From positions 62,001 to 126,000 of the IMG/VR virus record IMGVR_UViG_3300042934_000547: DNA of 64,000 bases. One strand, written 5' to 3'. Position numbers and translations under genes: made by a program. Within the stretch, counting starts at the first letter, position 1, and each line of letters begins with the position of its first letter. Positions 29,000 through 39,358 of the stretch are shown here, piece after piece. Below the pieces are notes generated by a model. It ran no database searches. It was not told the DNA's origin and was given only the letters and a program-made list of their open reading frames with translations.

Positions 29000-29018
29000 G
29001 GTTATTTTTTGTTCAATT

Positions 29019-29030
29019 TACATAGTAATA
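29019..29030 (+). promoter_or_regulatory. Late-type promoter for the tail genes
   Basis: TACATAGTAATA right after a terminator and before RBS GGAGGAGG (implies the true start is near 29043). Confidence 0.5.
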
Positions 29031-29855
29031 ATGGAGGAGGTAATGGAAATGAATATGTATGATAAAATTGCAAAATATATAAAATTCGAAAATAATAGGC
29101 TCATATTCACTGGAGATGAAATGGTTGCATACATTCCAAGTTTCTTCTTTGACGGTTCTACAGAATATGCGTTATTTGAGGGTGAATATATAAAACTACT
29201 TGGAATATTTAATTATTCAATATTTGATAAGGGTAAATCTGTTACCGGTTTAGGAACATTTAAAGTTCCGACTGTAATGCTTACCAAACCTTCAAAAATC
29301 GAAAAGGAGGAATTAACGTTATTATCTACATCTAAAAAACAAATGTATCATCTACTTAAATACTATAAAGGTGATATGATTATTGTAGATACAAGAATTC
29401 CACAAGACATTGGTAACGTAGAAATGTTCTTTAAATTATTTACATCAGGTAATTTACCTAATACAATACCATATGATGATATACAGAATCTATTCTTAGA
29501 TAATGCTAAAGCTAATGGGTTTAGCTATCCAATATCAAATCATATACTTGGTATTATTATCAGGGAATTATCCAAATCTCAATCAGATTTACAGAAACCA
29601 TATGCTCTTACTAAATTCAATGACACAAAGACTAATTATCAACCTATCAATATTAAAGATAATCCAAGGTATATTTCACCATTTACAGCATTCACAAGTG
29701 AAGATTTTAATGCTAGTATTCCACTAGCAATCATGAATGATAAACCGATTGATGCTCCACTCGAGAAGCTATTAATCGAATCTCTATATGCTGGAGACTA
29801 TCAAACGATGGTAAACACATTAATAGAGTCTCTTCTCATAGAAACATATATATAA
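29031..29855 (+). CDS. Putative virion structural protein preceding the sheath, 274 aa
   Basis: Position immediately before the sheath gene; late-type promoter. Confidence 0.6.
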   Translation: MEEVMEMNMYDKIAKYIKFENNRLIFTGDEMVAYIPSFFFDGSTEYALFEGEYIKLLGIFNYSIFDKGKSVTGLGTFKVPTVMLTKPSKIEKEELTLLSTSKKQMYHLLKYYKGDMIIVDTRIPQDIGNVEMFFKLFTSGNLPNTIPYDDIQNLFLDNAKANGFSYPISNHILGIIIRELSKSQSDLQKPYALTKFNDTKTNYQPINIKDNPRYISPFTAFTSEDFNASIPLAIMNDKPIDAPLEKLLIESLYAGDYQTMVNTLIESLLIETYI

Positions 29856-29879
29856 ATTAATTTAAGGAGGTAATCTCAA

Positions 29880-31649
29880 ATGGCTACTATTAACGTTAAA
29901 GGATATCCAGCTCTAACTCAATATGTAACTGATGAAAGTGCTATCCAAGAAAGCATAAATATGCTCGAAGGTGGTCCGATTATATTAGCTGCATGTGCAA
30001 CTGATAGAGGTCGTGAAGATATGTACTTGTGTAACGATGTTAATCAATTTATAGCTGAGCATGGACCAATAAACTTTAAAAAATACGGTCAAGTTCAAAA
30101 ACAAATAGAAAAAAATTTAGCTGCCGGAGGAAGGGTTTTATTTAAGAGAATCGTAGCACCAGCTGCTACTTTAGCTAATATAGTCGTAGTTGCTACAGTT
30201 ACTAACGACGAAATTGGAGATAAAGTCACAATTAAATATACTATTGAAACTATTCCAAATGCTAAAACAATCGCTGATGTGGAAACTGGCATAACAGCAT
30301 TATCAGTAACTGTAGATGGTGCACCTAAATCTTATCCGATTTTTGCTATTGCAGAAGTTGGCAGAGGTGCGTCTGTTAAGAGAATCAAAATCAAACCGGA
30401 TTATGATGGAAGTGAAGCGTTAGCATACATGCAATACGCAATGGAAATCGAAACTGAATTGGCAACAAAGATTGTTAAATTTGGTTTAGATCCTGACAGA
30501 TTCGATGTAATAAATAGAGGTATAAGATCTAGAGGTAATGCATCTGGTATTATAAAAGTTGCTAATACTGATAGATATCTTAAAGGATTTTTACAAGATA
30601 CTGCTGCTGAAATGAAAGTTACTGACATCAATATTTATGATTTACTTTGCGGTAAAGATAAAGAAGGTGAAGTAGATGAGCACATAGCATTAGATGCTAC
30701 ATCAATTTCATTATCACCTGAGTTTGGTCTAGCAATGGCTAGTGGTAATGCAGGTGAGTTTGAAGGTGATGTATATGTACCAGAAGTTGCAGCTTTTGAA
30801 ACAGGCTTAACAGCTTTCTATACAGGTACTACTACTCCAGAAATCTGGAATACTACTAAGTATAAAATTGCTCTTGTATTCGGTGCTAATTTCTCTAAAC
30901 CAGTTAACCAAGCAATTGTTGATTTGGTTAAATGGAGAGAAGATGCAACTTTCATCAAAGACTTTGGATTAAATTTAAGGACATTAGAAGAAATCGATGC
31001 AGCTGTTAAAGCTGATGGTGTTGATACTCCATATGTTGTAAATTATCCTATATCATATGATATAATTGATCCAAATTCAGGAGTTCAGGAAACAGTTACA
31101 GCTAACTATGATTTAGCTAGTGGACTTGTAAGAAGATTAATCAATGGACCTCATGTACCATTTGCTGGTGCTAGAAATGGGGCTGTATTGGAGTCAGCAA
31201 TCGAAGGAACATTAAACTTCGAACCAATTGATACTCCACACATTCAACAAAAGAAAGCTATGAAGAAATTAAGAGCAAACTATGCTTCTTTCATAGATGG
31301 CATTCTTACTGTAGAAACATTGTGGACTAGTCAAAAGGCTTATACTCAGTTATCATTCTCAAATAACGTATTTGAGTTACAAGATATCATGAGAGATACT
31401 GTTAAAGTTGCTCTAACTAACAGATATTCATTTACTAATCCATCTGATCTTGATAATTACAAGAAAGATATTAATGATAATATCATCAGTAAGCATACGG
31501 GCAGATTGAAGAAGCTTGAGTTTAAATACGCTTCTGATACTATTCTTGAAAATCAGAAAGTATACTATGGTGTGTACACAATCATACCATGGAATTTCAA
31601 TCAGGAAGAAGCATTTGAATATCTCATCAAAAATGATGAGGCAAATTAG
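29880..31649 (+). CDS. Tail sheath protein, 589 aa
   Basis: GPINFKKYGQ...AGGRVLFKRIV N-terminus; sheath-like C-terminal region (LRANYA...ETLWTSQ...LSFSNNV..LQDI); followed by a tube-sized gene. Confidence 0.8.
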   Translation: MATINVKGYPALTQYVTDESAIQESINMLEGGPIILAACATDRGREDMYLCNDVNQFIAEHGPINFKKYGQVQKQIEKNLAAGGRVLFKRIVAPAATLANIVVVATVTNDEIGDKVTIKYTIETIPNAKTIADVETGITALSVTVDGAPKSYPIFAIAEVGRGASVKRIKIKPDYDGSEALAYMQYAMEIETELATKIVKFGLDPDRFDVINRGIRSRGNASGIIKVANTDRYLKGFLQDTAAEMKVTDINIYDLLCGKDKEGEVDEHIALDATSISLSPEFGLAMASGNAGEFEGDVYVPEVAAFETGLTAFYTGTTTPEIWNTTKYKIALVFGANFSKPVNQAIVDLVKWREDATFIKDFGLNLRTLEEIDAAVKADGVDTPYVVNYPISYDIIDPNSGVQETVTANYDLASGLVRRLINGPHVPFAGARNGAVLESAIEGTLNFEPIDTPHIQQKKAMKKLRANYASFIDGILTVETLWTSQKAYTQLSFSNNVFELQDIMRDTVKVALTNRYSFTNPSDLDNYKKDINDNIISKHTGRLKKLEFKYASDTILENQKVYYGVYTIIPWNFNQEEAFEYLIKNDEAN

Positions 31650-31660
31650 GAAGGAGATGA

Positions 31661-32506
31661 GTGATTATGGCGAGAATAGAAGGCGAAGGCTTATTTAGAG
31701 GTCAGGTCGGTACATTAGACTTAACCCAACATTCAGGTTTTGCATATAACCAATTGGACTTCGGTCAACCGGCTCAATTCAACGTTGATCTTAGTGGTTA
31801 TCCATTCCTTCACGTATTGAAGATTCCTACATTTTTACAAAAGTTGAAAAAGGATGATTCATACGCAAACCTTATAAATAATGCTATATGGGTTTTAGAA
31901 AACAAGTTTAAAGGTCTTGATGGTATCGACGATATCACAACTGACACATATACTATAGATAACGGTTTTGAACAAGTTAACTTAATTGGTAAGACAATTA
32001 GACCTACTGCTTCAACAATCACTATGGAATATGATGAAATGACCGGCGGACTTTTAACTAAATTCACTGAACTTTATTTAGAAGGCTTACAGGGAACAAG
32101 AAACCATTACGTTCACTATTATAATAAAGATTCAGACAATGTTGCTCCTACAATAGATGTATCAGATGAAATATTTGAATTCTTATATTATTTAACAGAT
32201 GCAACTGGTATTAATATTAAGAAAGCATTTATTATAGGATTAGGTCAATTCACTAAAGTTCCTTATTCTACAATGTATAACGACAAACGTGGCGATAGAG
32301 ACAAGAAAACAATATCACTTGATTTAAATGGTGTTCCATTTACAGATGTTGATATCACAGCTCTGGCTCAAAGACACGTTCAAGTTATCAATAAGTTGAG
32401 GAATGATGGTGGAAAATCTGCATACAGTGTTCCATCTAATATTAATCTTAATAAAGGTTATATAATTGATGGTGGTGGAATAAAGAACACGTATCCGGGA
32501 CAGTAA
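31661..32506 (+). CDS. Tail tube protein, 281 aa
   Basis: Directly after the sheath; beta-rich; GLDGIDDIT...TITMEYDEMTGGLLTK and FEFLYYLTD resemble jumbo-phage tube proteins. Confidence 0.7.
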   Translation: MIMARIEGEGLFRGQVGTLDLTQHSGFAYNQLDFGQPAQFNVDLSGYPFLHVLKIPTFLQKLKKDDSYANLINNAIWVLENKFKGLDGIDDITTDTYTIDNGFEQVNLIGKTIRPTASTITMEYDEMTGGLLTKFTELYLEGLQGTRNHYVHYYNKDSDNVAPTIDVSDEIFEFLYYLTDATGINIKKAFIIGLGQFTKVPYSTMYNDKRGDRDKKTISLDLNGVPFTDVDITALAQRHVQVINKLRNDGGKSAYSVPSNINLNKGYIIDGGGIKNTYPGQ

Positions 32507-32527
32507 TGAAAAATTGATAAAATAATC

Positions 32528-32553
32528 CCCTCTAGGACTCAAATCCTAGAGGG
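32528..32553. terminator. Bidirectional terminator between convergent tube and portal genes
   Basis: CCCTCTAGGA-CTCAAA-TCCTAGAGGG with A/T tracts on both sides. Confidence 0.8.
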
Positions 32554-32558
32554 AATTT

Positions 32559-34670
32559 TTATTGTTCTTCTCCTACTTTTTTAGATGTTTTATATTCCAT
32601 TGCAGCAAGTTCTTTTGCTTTAGTAGAATAATCCCATCCTATTGTGTTTGGCATTAAGTGCTTAAACATGAATCGCTTATAAGCGGCAATTTCTTTAGGA
32701 TCATCTGCCTCATTATATTCAACGACAGCCATCGTATCAATCATCTGCTGTGTACTCTGGAAAGCGTCAAGCATAATCTGTAATGTCAAATATGCAGGTG
32801 ACGATATCTTAACAGATAATCTAACATAATCTTCTGGATGATACGTTTTGTATATTTTATTAATCCATTTTTCATACTGCTTAGCAAACTTACTTTGTAA
32901 TGAAGTAACCCATCTAAAGAATTTAATGTTTGTCATACCTAATCTTCTAGAAAACTCTACTTGCTGTCTAATGGAAACCATCTCTGGTGGTACACCAGTA
33001 GGCATAAGGGCTAAGTTTTCTAATATATCAAGTAAATCTGACTTAATGTCTATATTCTGACCAGAAACGATTTCCATTTCAATAGGTCTTTGTCCACCCG
33101 GATTAACAGGTATAACCATATCATTGAATCTACCCGGAATGTTAATAACGTTATCAATGTTATTAAATTCTCTCATTCCAAAATTACCACGTTTGATTTG
33201 ATTGATAACATTAATCATTGTTTCTGATACGTTATTTTCGACTTCATTCATCACGTAATAAGCACGTTTATCAAAGCCCCTAGTGAGAACCCCTATAACA
33301 CTTGCTATATATAATGATGTATATAACTTACCCGGAACTATGGATTTTTCTAATAGTGATATACCTCTATTAGTCACAGTATCTTTCTTAAAGAAAAAAT
33401 GTTGGACGTTTTGTGGCTTTATGTATGTGATTTTTAAACTATTTATCCCTGTTGTAGCAGATAATGATGTATTATTATCAGCATTAAATTTGAGTAACAG
33501 GTATAACTCCTTAGCTAAATTTTTATTGTTATTGATAAATTTAACATCTATCTCCTTTGTTAATTTATCAGCCATTTTTCTAAAGATTAAATTCTTATTC
33601 TGTTCATTGGTTCTTTGAATGTTATCGTTTAACTGTTTATTTGTGTTAGTTCTATTTAGAATGGATGTAAATCCATTGAAGGTATCTTCAATAAATGGGT
33701 CATTCTTTGGTTCAATATAAATAACTCCATTAAATATATCATTTTCTAAATATAATGGAATTGTACGATAACGTTCAAGACGTTTTACATAACAACCAGT
33801 TACATTCAATTTACTTTCTGTATCACCTAAAGCTAAACCTGTGCTAGTATCAATTAATGCATCCTCATCCAATAGTTGTTGTTTTAGATTTCCATAATCA
33901 GCAGCTTCATTTATAACTAAATCACCGAACTCATCAAATGTTGATGATTCCATTAGTTTTACTATAGGACTAGATATAACATCGCCGTATCCCTCACAAA
34001 ATTCTACATCTAAAGTATACTCTTCTTTCAAATTCTTTACACTAGGAGCATCTGGTAATTCAGATTTTTTAATTTCGATTTTACGAGTAGTGGATGTATT
34101 ACGTAAGAACTGTCCCATATCCTTATAATCAAATTTAGCCAGAAAATCTTCACCATATGTTATCATATTATGTAAAGTTGTTTCTGCCATTTCCTCTGTA
34201 TTATGGATGTCTTCGATTATATTTATCTTTTTATTATCATCATCGTCATCCATATTTTCAGGAGTAATTGTTATCGCTGTCTGAGTTTCATTGTCAACTG
34301 ATAATATATTATTTTTAATCGTATCAACTGCATCAGCTAATGCTGGCATATAGTGTAGTATAGTATCTACTTCTCTATCTGCCTCTTTTATAAACTTATT
34401 AGCATTATATATAGAAATCAATTGAGCCATATCATCAGAATCGAAGATTTTCTCAAAACTATCCTTATTCATTGGTCCGACATCTTTGTTTATCTGGTCG
34501 AACAAGGATGATATATCAACGTCACCATCATTTCTTCTGGAATTAGATATAGTTCTATTTATTTCTTGGGACATTTTTAAATGTAGAACCTCTAATTCTT
34601 TCTTATGTGAATCGTTTTGTTTATAGGTATTTCTATATATACTGCCTAAAATATCATTATTTTTAGCCAT
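32559..34670 (-). CDS. Portal protein (T4 gp20/phiKZ-like), 703 aa
   Basis: MPALADAVDTIKNNILS, TRGFDKRAYYV, NDMVIP...IEMEIVSGQN...LALMPTGVP resemble T4-type portal motifs. Confidence 0.75.
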   Translation of the reverse strand: MAKNNDILGSIYRNTYKQNDSHKKELEVLHLKMSQEINRTISNSRRNDGDVDISSLFDQINKDVGPMNKDSFEKIFDSDDMAQLISIYNANKFIKEADREVDTILHYMPALADAVDTIKNNILSVDNETQTAITITPENMDDDDDNKKINIIEDIHNTEEMAETTLHNMITYGEDFLAKFDYKDMGQFLRNTSTTRKIEIKKSELPDAPSVKNLKEEYTLDVEFCEGYGDVISSPIVKLMESSTFDEFGDLVINEAADYGNLKQQLLDEDALIDTSTGLALGDTESKLNVTGCYVKRLERYRTIPLYLENDIFNGVIYIEPKNDPFIEDTFNGFTSILNRTNTNKQLNDNIQRTNEQNKNLIFRKMADKLTKEIDVKFINNNKNLAKELYLLLKFNADNNTSLSATTGINSLKITYIKPQNVQHFFFKKDTVTNRGISLLEKSIVPGKLYTSLYIASVIGVLTRGFDKRAYYVMNEVENNVSETMINVINQIKRGNFGMREFNNIDNVINIPGRFNDMVIPVNPGGQRPIEMEIVSGQNIDIKSDLLDILENLALMPTGVPPEMVSIRQQVEFSRRLGMTNIKFFRWVTSLQSKFAKQYEKWINKIYKTYHPEDYVRLSVKISSPAYLTLQIMLDAFQSTQQMIDTMAVVEYNEADDPKEIAAYKRFMFKHLMPNTIGWDYSTKAKELAAMEYKTSKKVGEEQ

Positions 34671-34693
34671 TATAATAACCTCCGTTATTTATT

Positions 34694-34705
34694 TACAATA
34701 ATGTT
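34694..34705 (-). promoter_or_regulatory. Late-type promoter for portal
   Basis: Minus strand AACATTATTGTA. Confidence 0.65.
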
Positions 34706-34708
34706 GAG

Positions 34709-34730
34709 GCAGAGGAAATTAATCCTCTAC
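34709..34730 (-). terminator. Terminator-like hairpin
   Basis: GTAGAGGA-TTAATT-TCCTCTGC; weak U-tract. Confidence 0.55.
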
Positions 34731-34798
34731 CGTTTTAGCTGTTATTCATATGAATCGTGTTATCATTCATTTCACATACGACCCGGTACCCATAACCC

Positions 34799-35035
34799 CT
34801 ATACTATAGTAATCAATGGACATTTTTCTGATTTTTCACCATAACATACATAAACATGCAGAAGGTCACATGAGCCTAAATTATTATCTCCAGTTGGTGA
34901 AGCAAATAAACAGCTACCACATTTTTCAGGTATTTTTGTAACAACAACTTTCATTCCTTCTGATTTACTTTCGATATTGGATTTAATCACTTTCTCTTCT
35001 TTTCTTTTTAAAAATTTCATCATTTCTTTAAACAC
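34799..35035 (-). CDS. Small Cys-rich (putative Zn-binding) protein, 78 aa
   Basis: KIPEKCGSCLF...SCDLL...C...KCPL. Confidence 0.55.
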   Translation of the reverse strand: MFKEMMKFLKRKEEKVIKSNIESKSEGMKVVVTKIPEKCGSCLFASPTGDNNLGSCDLLHVYVCYGEKSEKCPLITIV

Positions 35036-35562
35036 CTCATCATCCTATGAATTTGAATTTTTTCTTTAACCTTATTTATCACAATTTCAATTATCATAGA
35101 AGCCTCAGTATCTATATAAATATTGATACAGGCGTCATCACCCTTGTTGAGTTTCTTAAATAAAAACTTACTAAGGAATATTCTATATGGACCAATTTTG
35201 GATAAGGTCTCTGTATATACATTGGGGTCCATTATCCTCTGAATATACTCTTGGTCATTAAACGTATACACTGAATTTAGTGTATTCTTAGTTTCGTTTA
35301 TTCTGAAACTTCTAACTAATAAATGTCGGTATTCCTCTGGAGGTTGAGTCATATTATCAACGTTTATATTATCACCAAATTCTCCAATTATATTTGGTAA
35401 TATATATCCCTCAACTCCAAAATCTTTATTAAGATTTATTACGTCTAGATATCCTCCACTTCCATAAGGAGAAATAATCATATCATTCTTGATGTATATA
35501 AAAGTATTATCTTTTACCAAATTAATTACTTTACTTAAATATTTATCTTGAAATGTTGTCAT
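35020..35562 (-). CDS. Hypothetical protein downstream of the polymerase N-terminal subunit, 180 aa
   Basis: ATGA overlap with the polymerase gene; RBS AGGAG. Confidence 0.65.
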   Translation of the reverse strand: MTTFQDKYLSKVINLVKDNTFIYIKNDMIISPYGSGGYLDVINLNKDFGVEGYILPNIIGEFGDNINVDNMTQPPEEYRHLLVRSFRINETKNTLNSVYTFNDQEYIQRIMDPNVYTETLSKIGPYRIFLSKFLFKKLNKGDDACINIYIDTEASMIIEIVINKVKEKIQIHRMMRCLKK

Positions 35563-37523
35563 TGGTCATTTCTCCTTAAAAATCTTTGTATAGGTTTATT
35601 TATAACTCTTAAAATAGGAGTTTTGTATCTTGATATAGGTAAATTCTTACTATTTCTACGAATAAAATTTAAGTCAATATTATACTTTAATAAGAAATAT
35701 TCTTTAATATCACCAAGTAGTTCTTTATAAGATGGGAAATGTAACCATCTATGAGCAAATTCTAACCAATTACCACTTCTCATATCATCTATAAAATAAC
35801 CACCATTATTATAATCGTGACTACCAAATCTATTTTGTCCTACAAAGATATGGTCGTCATCTATTATTAATCTTGATATCATTGTCATTGGTGACATATT
35901 ATTTTCCCTCAATGCATTTGGGTACTCTGACTTGATATCGAAGTCGTCACTATTATTATACACTGTCGTTGGTTGACCTAATATCTTCATTCCACATGGT
36001 TTTAATAATTTTGGATTGGCTACTAATGCACCCGGATAACCATCGTCATCTTTCTTCATAAGGTGGTTTATATTATTACCAAGGACTTGGTTATTATTCT
36101 TTGAGAACTCCATTTCTCCCCTGTTCTGAGAATAAACAGTTTGTCTATACGATTTCTCTAGTCTAGTAGCATTCATATATGACTTAGCGAAGAGTGTTTC
36201 TATATCACCAGTTTTATTTTCTACACATATCTGTGCAACTGTATCCATGATATTGTATAGGATATATACCTCAAAATCCTTATATGGTAATTCCAATAAA
36301 TCATGTGTGATGTGACTATAATCTAATTTATGAATATCACATGTGATATTAGCTATAACGTCAAGTTTATAACTATCCAACTGTGCTTGTCCTGCACGTT
36401 TGGAAGCGAACTGAATCATTTGGTCAATCCAAACCATTTTAGTTGATATCGTAGCATAATCTCCACGTTTATGAAAATCAGAATGGAGAGTATCCTCAAA
36501 ATACCAACAAACTTTTTTTGAGAATTCCGGGTCACAGATAATAACTGCTGGGTCTAATCCCTTCTTTTTAAGACGCTCAATTATAAATTGTATATCGAAT
36601 GCTATATTCCACGCCATCAATACATCTGGACTAATTGTATTAGCTATATAAAAGAAATCTTTAAGTAAATCTATTTCGTTATCATAAAACAACAAGTTGT
36701 ATTTAAAATCCGTTAATCCAAATTTCTTATAGAATTTCTGTCCCTTTACACCTTGTTTTATGATAAAATCTTTTATGTAGTCGCTAATACCGTCATTACC
36801 CAATGATGCCATTTTATTCTCAAATTCTCGACAATTTTTAGAATATATTTCATTAAGCATCTGTCCGGGTAATTTTCTTAATGGAACGTTACTATAATCC
36901 TTGTCTGGATACACGGTATCAACAGGGTGATTCGGGTTCCTTAAGATTAACGTGAATACGTTCTTAGTGCTATCTGACACCAACGTGATTACAGATACTG
37001 GAGAATTACCTTCTCTATCAATATCCCCAACATACTTTATAGCATCAGTTTCTATGTCGAAATATGCTCTATCTGCTGTAGTATTTGAAGATGGATAAGT
37101 TTCTTGAAATCTAATCCTATAGTGGTCATGTATATCTCTATCAGTACCAAACAGTCTTTTATCAGCATTAATATTTTTAAGAGCTTTATAATTAGCAGTT
37201 CTCATACATTCATTATAGAATTTCATTTCATCACAAATCTTACACAATTCATATGTGAGATTTTTATATGGTACAATATATTCATCTACCTTATCTCTCT
37301 CAATAGATAACATATTATATTCTGGATATATACCCTCTTTACACATATAAAATCTATAATCTGGATTTTTGATTTCTTCTATGTGTTTCTTTCCTGTCTT
37401 ATTATCTCTATATATTATATCTAATTGGTCATAATCAATACCATTCTTTTTATCCATTCTATGATAAATTGTATTTATTAGCATTAAATCTGAACCCGGT
37501 TCGTAATTTCCCACACGTACCAT
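35559..37523 (-). CDS. polB: Split family-B DNA polymerase, N-terminal subunit (3'-5' exonuclease plus motif A)
   Basis: ExoI YFDIETD, ExoII AWNIAFDIQF, ExoIII YNIMDT, YPGALV and motif A DFDIKSEYPN...NMSPMT; RBS GGAGG before ATG at 37523. Confidence 0.85.
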   Translation of the reverse strand: MVRVGNYEPGSDLMLINTIYHRMDKKNGIDYDQLDIIYRDNKTGKKHIEEIKNPDYRFYMCKEGIYPEYNMLSIERDKVDEYIVPYKNLTYELCKICDEMKFYNECMRTANYKALKNINADKRLFGTDRDIHDHYRIRFQETYPSSNTTADRAYFDIETDAIKYVGDIDREGNSPVSVITLVSDSTKNVFTLILRNPNHPVDTVYPDKDYSNVPLRKLPGQMLNEIYSKNCREFENKMASLGNDGISDYIKDFIIKQGVKGQKFYKKFGLTDFKYNLLFYDNEIDLLKDFFYIANTISPDVLMAWNIAFDIQFIIERLKKKGLDPAVIICDPEFSKKVCWYFEDTLHSDFHKRGDYATISTKMVWIDQMIQFASKRAGQAQLDSYKLDVIANITCDIHKLDYSHITHDLLELPYKDFEVYILYNIMDTVAQICVENKTGDIETLFAKSYMNATRLEKSYRQTVYSQNRGEMEFSKNNNQVLGNNINHLMKKDDDGYPGALVANPKLLKPCGMKILGQPTTVYNNSDDFDIKSEYPNALRENNMSPMTMISRLIIDDDHIFVGQNRFGSHDYNNGGYFIDDMRSGNWLEFAHRWLHFPSYKELLGDIKEYFLLKYNIDLNFIRRNSKNLPISRYKTPILRVINKPIQRFLRRNDQ

Positions 37524-37629
37524 TTTATGTACCTCCAAGCAATGAGTCGATTATATAGATGTTGAAATCAGGTTAAATAATTATGTAGTGCAACTATATG
37601 GTAAATAATACTATTTAAAGGAGCTAATT

Positions 37630-38556
37630 ATGAATTTTCCTATAGCAAGAAGTAACGATACAAAGAAAGAAAGTATAGACGTTCCAACAAAAAATCCATT
37701 AAATTTTAGTATGAAAAATATTAACTTTAATAAGATTGAAACTGTACCAGAAGGCGTTGTCGTACCAGCCACTAAAGCCGACGCTGAAAAACAGGCAGAA
37801 AGAAAAAAACTTAAAGCTGAGAAACAAGAAAAAAAGGCTGTGAATGAGTTTAAAGAAAGTTATAGAGATAACGAAAACTTGTTAAAAGAAGTTATCTTAG
37901 AAACTGACTTATTCACAAGAGACTTAAAAGACCAGATGGACTTAGTAAAAAATAGTAAGACTCTTAAAAATAAGCATATGATTTATGGCGAATTGCAGGC
38001 TAATATTACTAGTCTTATTGGGACTAAATTAAGTGCTGTTAAGGAACTTAATAGTATCATTCATAATAGTCAAAATATGGGACTTAAGAAGGCTAAAGAC
38101 AATGCTGAATTAACAAACAGCAATAATGAAGATAAATTGATTATGGACTTATATAGAGCTATGATGGAAGGTAAAGGTGGTATGACTAACAATGCATCTA
38201 TCGTAATGCCAACCTATGACCAGATAAATGCAATTCCGGCAGCTTTTGTTGGTTTACCAACAAATAACTCTATGGATGATGGTTACAATAATTATATAAA
38301 TAACAGATCAGCAGCTCAATTGGGAATGATAATGGACTCAAATCCTAATATACAAACTGTAGTTAGATATAATCCAAATAACGGATTAAAGAAATTCGAT
38401 GTTGTTGATATATCTACCGGACAATCATTACCTAAGTTCGAGCGTCCAGATGCTATGTTCTTAGATGATACAATCATAGATAGCAACACATGGACAGCAA
38501 AAAATAATAATATGAATATGATTTACGATGTAATGGTTGACTATAACTTATTCTAA
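37630..38556 (+). CDS. Hypothetical coiled-coil protein, 308 aa
   Basis: Long ORF with RBS AAGGAG; late-like AACTATATGGTA at 37592-37603. Confidence 0.7.
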   Translation: MNFPIARSNDTKKESIDVPTKNPLNFSMKNINFNKIETVPEGVVVPATKADAEKQAERKKLKAEKQEKKAVNEFKESYRDNENLLKEVILETDLFTRDLKDQMDLVKNSKTLKNKHMIYGELQANITSLIGTKLSAVKELNSIIHNSQNMGLKKAKDNAELTNSNNEDKLIMDLYRAMMEGKGGMTNNASIVMPTYDQINAIPAAFVGLPTNNSMDDGYNNYINNRSAAQLGMIMDSNPNIQTVVRYNPNNGLKKFDVVDISTGQSLPKFERPDAMFLDDTIIDSNTWTAKNNNMNMIYDVMVDYNLF

Positions 38557-38577
38557 GAAAAAAAAATGAGTGTAGCG

Positions 38578-39051
38578 TCAAGCTACACTTATATTTTTTA
38601 TTCTTTCTTTTAATTGGTATCGACTTCTAAATGAACCAGATTTATTATACATTAATTCAAGAGCTTTCTTGGCTATTGCCCTTGATGTTGCTGCCATAGC
38701 AAATTGATCAGCTTGAAATTCAAATGATATATCATAATTCTCCATCTTCGATAAATGATCAAAAACTAAATGCCCTTGTTCATGAGCAAGCACAAACTTT
38801 CTAATATCATCATCAAATTTATCAAACCTATCATCAATCACTATCACAGGACAATCACCAAAGATGGTCTGGTTATTCTTTAGCATCGAATATTTAAATT
38901 TATATTGGATTATTGCTAATGGGTCTTTATAAATAGGAATATTATTAAATTCCCCAATTCTAATACTACCACCTTGTTTACCTTGAGTTTTGAAGCCAAC
39001 TTTATATCCATACATGAATTCAGATATACTATTTAATAATATTTTTAACAT
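38578..39051 (-). CDS. HExxH metallopeptidase-like (M48/ImmA-like) protein, 157 aa
   Basis: FVLAHEQGH followed by EFQADQFA. Confidence 0.7.
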   Translation of the reverse strand: MLKILLNSISEFMYGYKVGFKTQGKQGGSIRIGEFNNIPIYKDPLAIIQYKFKYSMLKNNQTIFGDCPVIVIDDRFDKFDDDIRKFVLAHEQGHLVFDHLSKMENYDISFEFQADQFAMAATSRAIAKKALELMYNKSGSFRSRYQLKERIKNISVA

Positions 39052-39144
39052 AGGTTTCTCCCCACTTTATTACGTCTCACTAATATAACCTAATACATTA
39101 GATTGACAAATAGAATTTGTAATAAGATTTCATTTTTTTTTCTA

Positions 39145-39170
39145 TTCATATTTATAATATATATTTGAAA
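39145..39170 (-). promoter_or_regulatory. Early-type phage promoter
   Basis: TTTCAAATATATATTATA-AATA-TGAA. Confidence 0.75.
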
Positions 39171-39193
39171 AAAATAAATTTTGCATAAAAAGA

Positions 39194-39214
39194 AGGTTAG
39201 GATTAACCTAACCT
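39194..39214 (-). terminator. Intrinsic terminator
   Basis: AGGTTAGG-TTAAT-CCTAACCT then TCTTTTT. Confidence 0.75.
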
Positions 39215-39348
39215 CTTTTTTTGTCCGCCATAACTTTTTTTATATCTGTAAATCCAACTCTAGATATATCTTTTTGTTGTTCGATAATCTTTTTTGGATC
39301 GTTTATTTGAATATTGATTATCTGTGTTTCTTTATTAACTTTAGTCAT
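39208..39348 (-). CDS. Small hypothetical protein, 46 aa (MTKVNKETQIINIQINDPKKIIEQQKDISRVGFTDIKKVMADKKRG)
   Basis: Hand-translated; RBS GAGGTG; not in the ORF track. Confidence 0.55.
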   Translation of the reverse strand: MTKVNKETQIINIQINDPKKIIEQQKDISRVGFTDIKKVMADKKRG

Positions 39349-39358
39349 AATTGTCACC

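Noticed and set aside
37550-37568. Possible 13th early promoter upstream of the polymerase N-terminal gene
   Set aside because: Has TTTCAA and a TATAAT-like stretch but lacks the TATATATTATA core and downstream TGAA; too degenerate to call.
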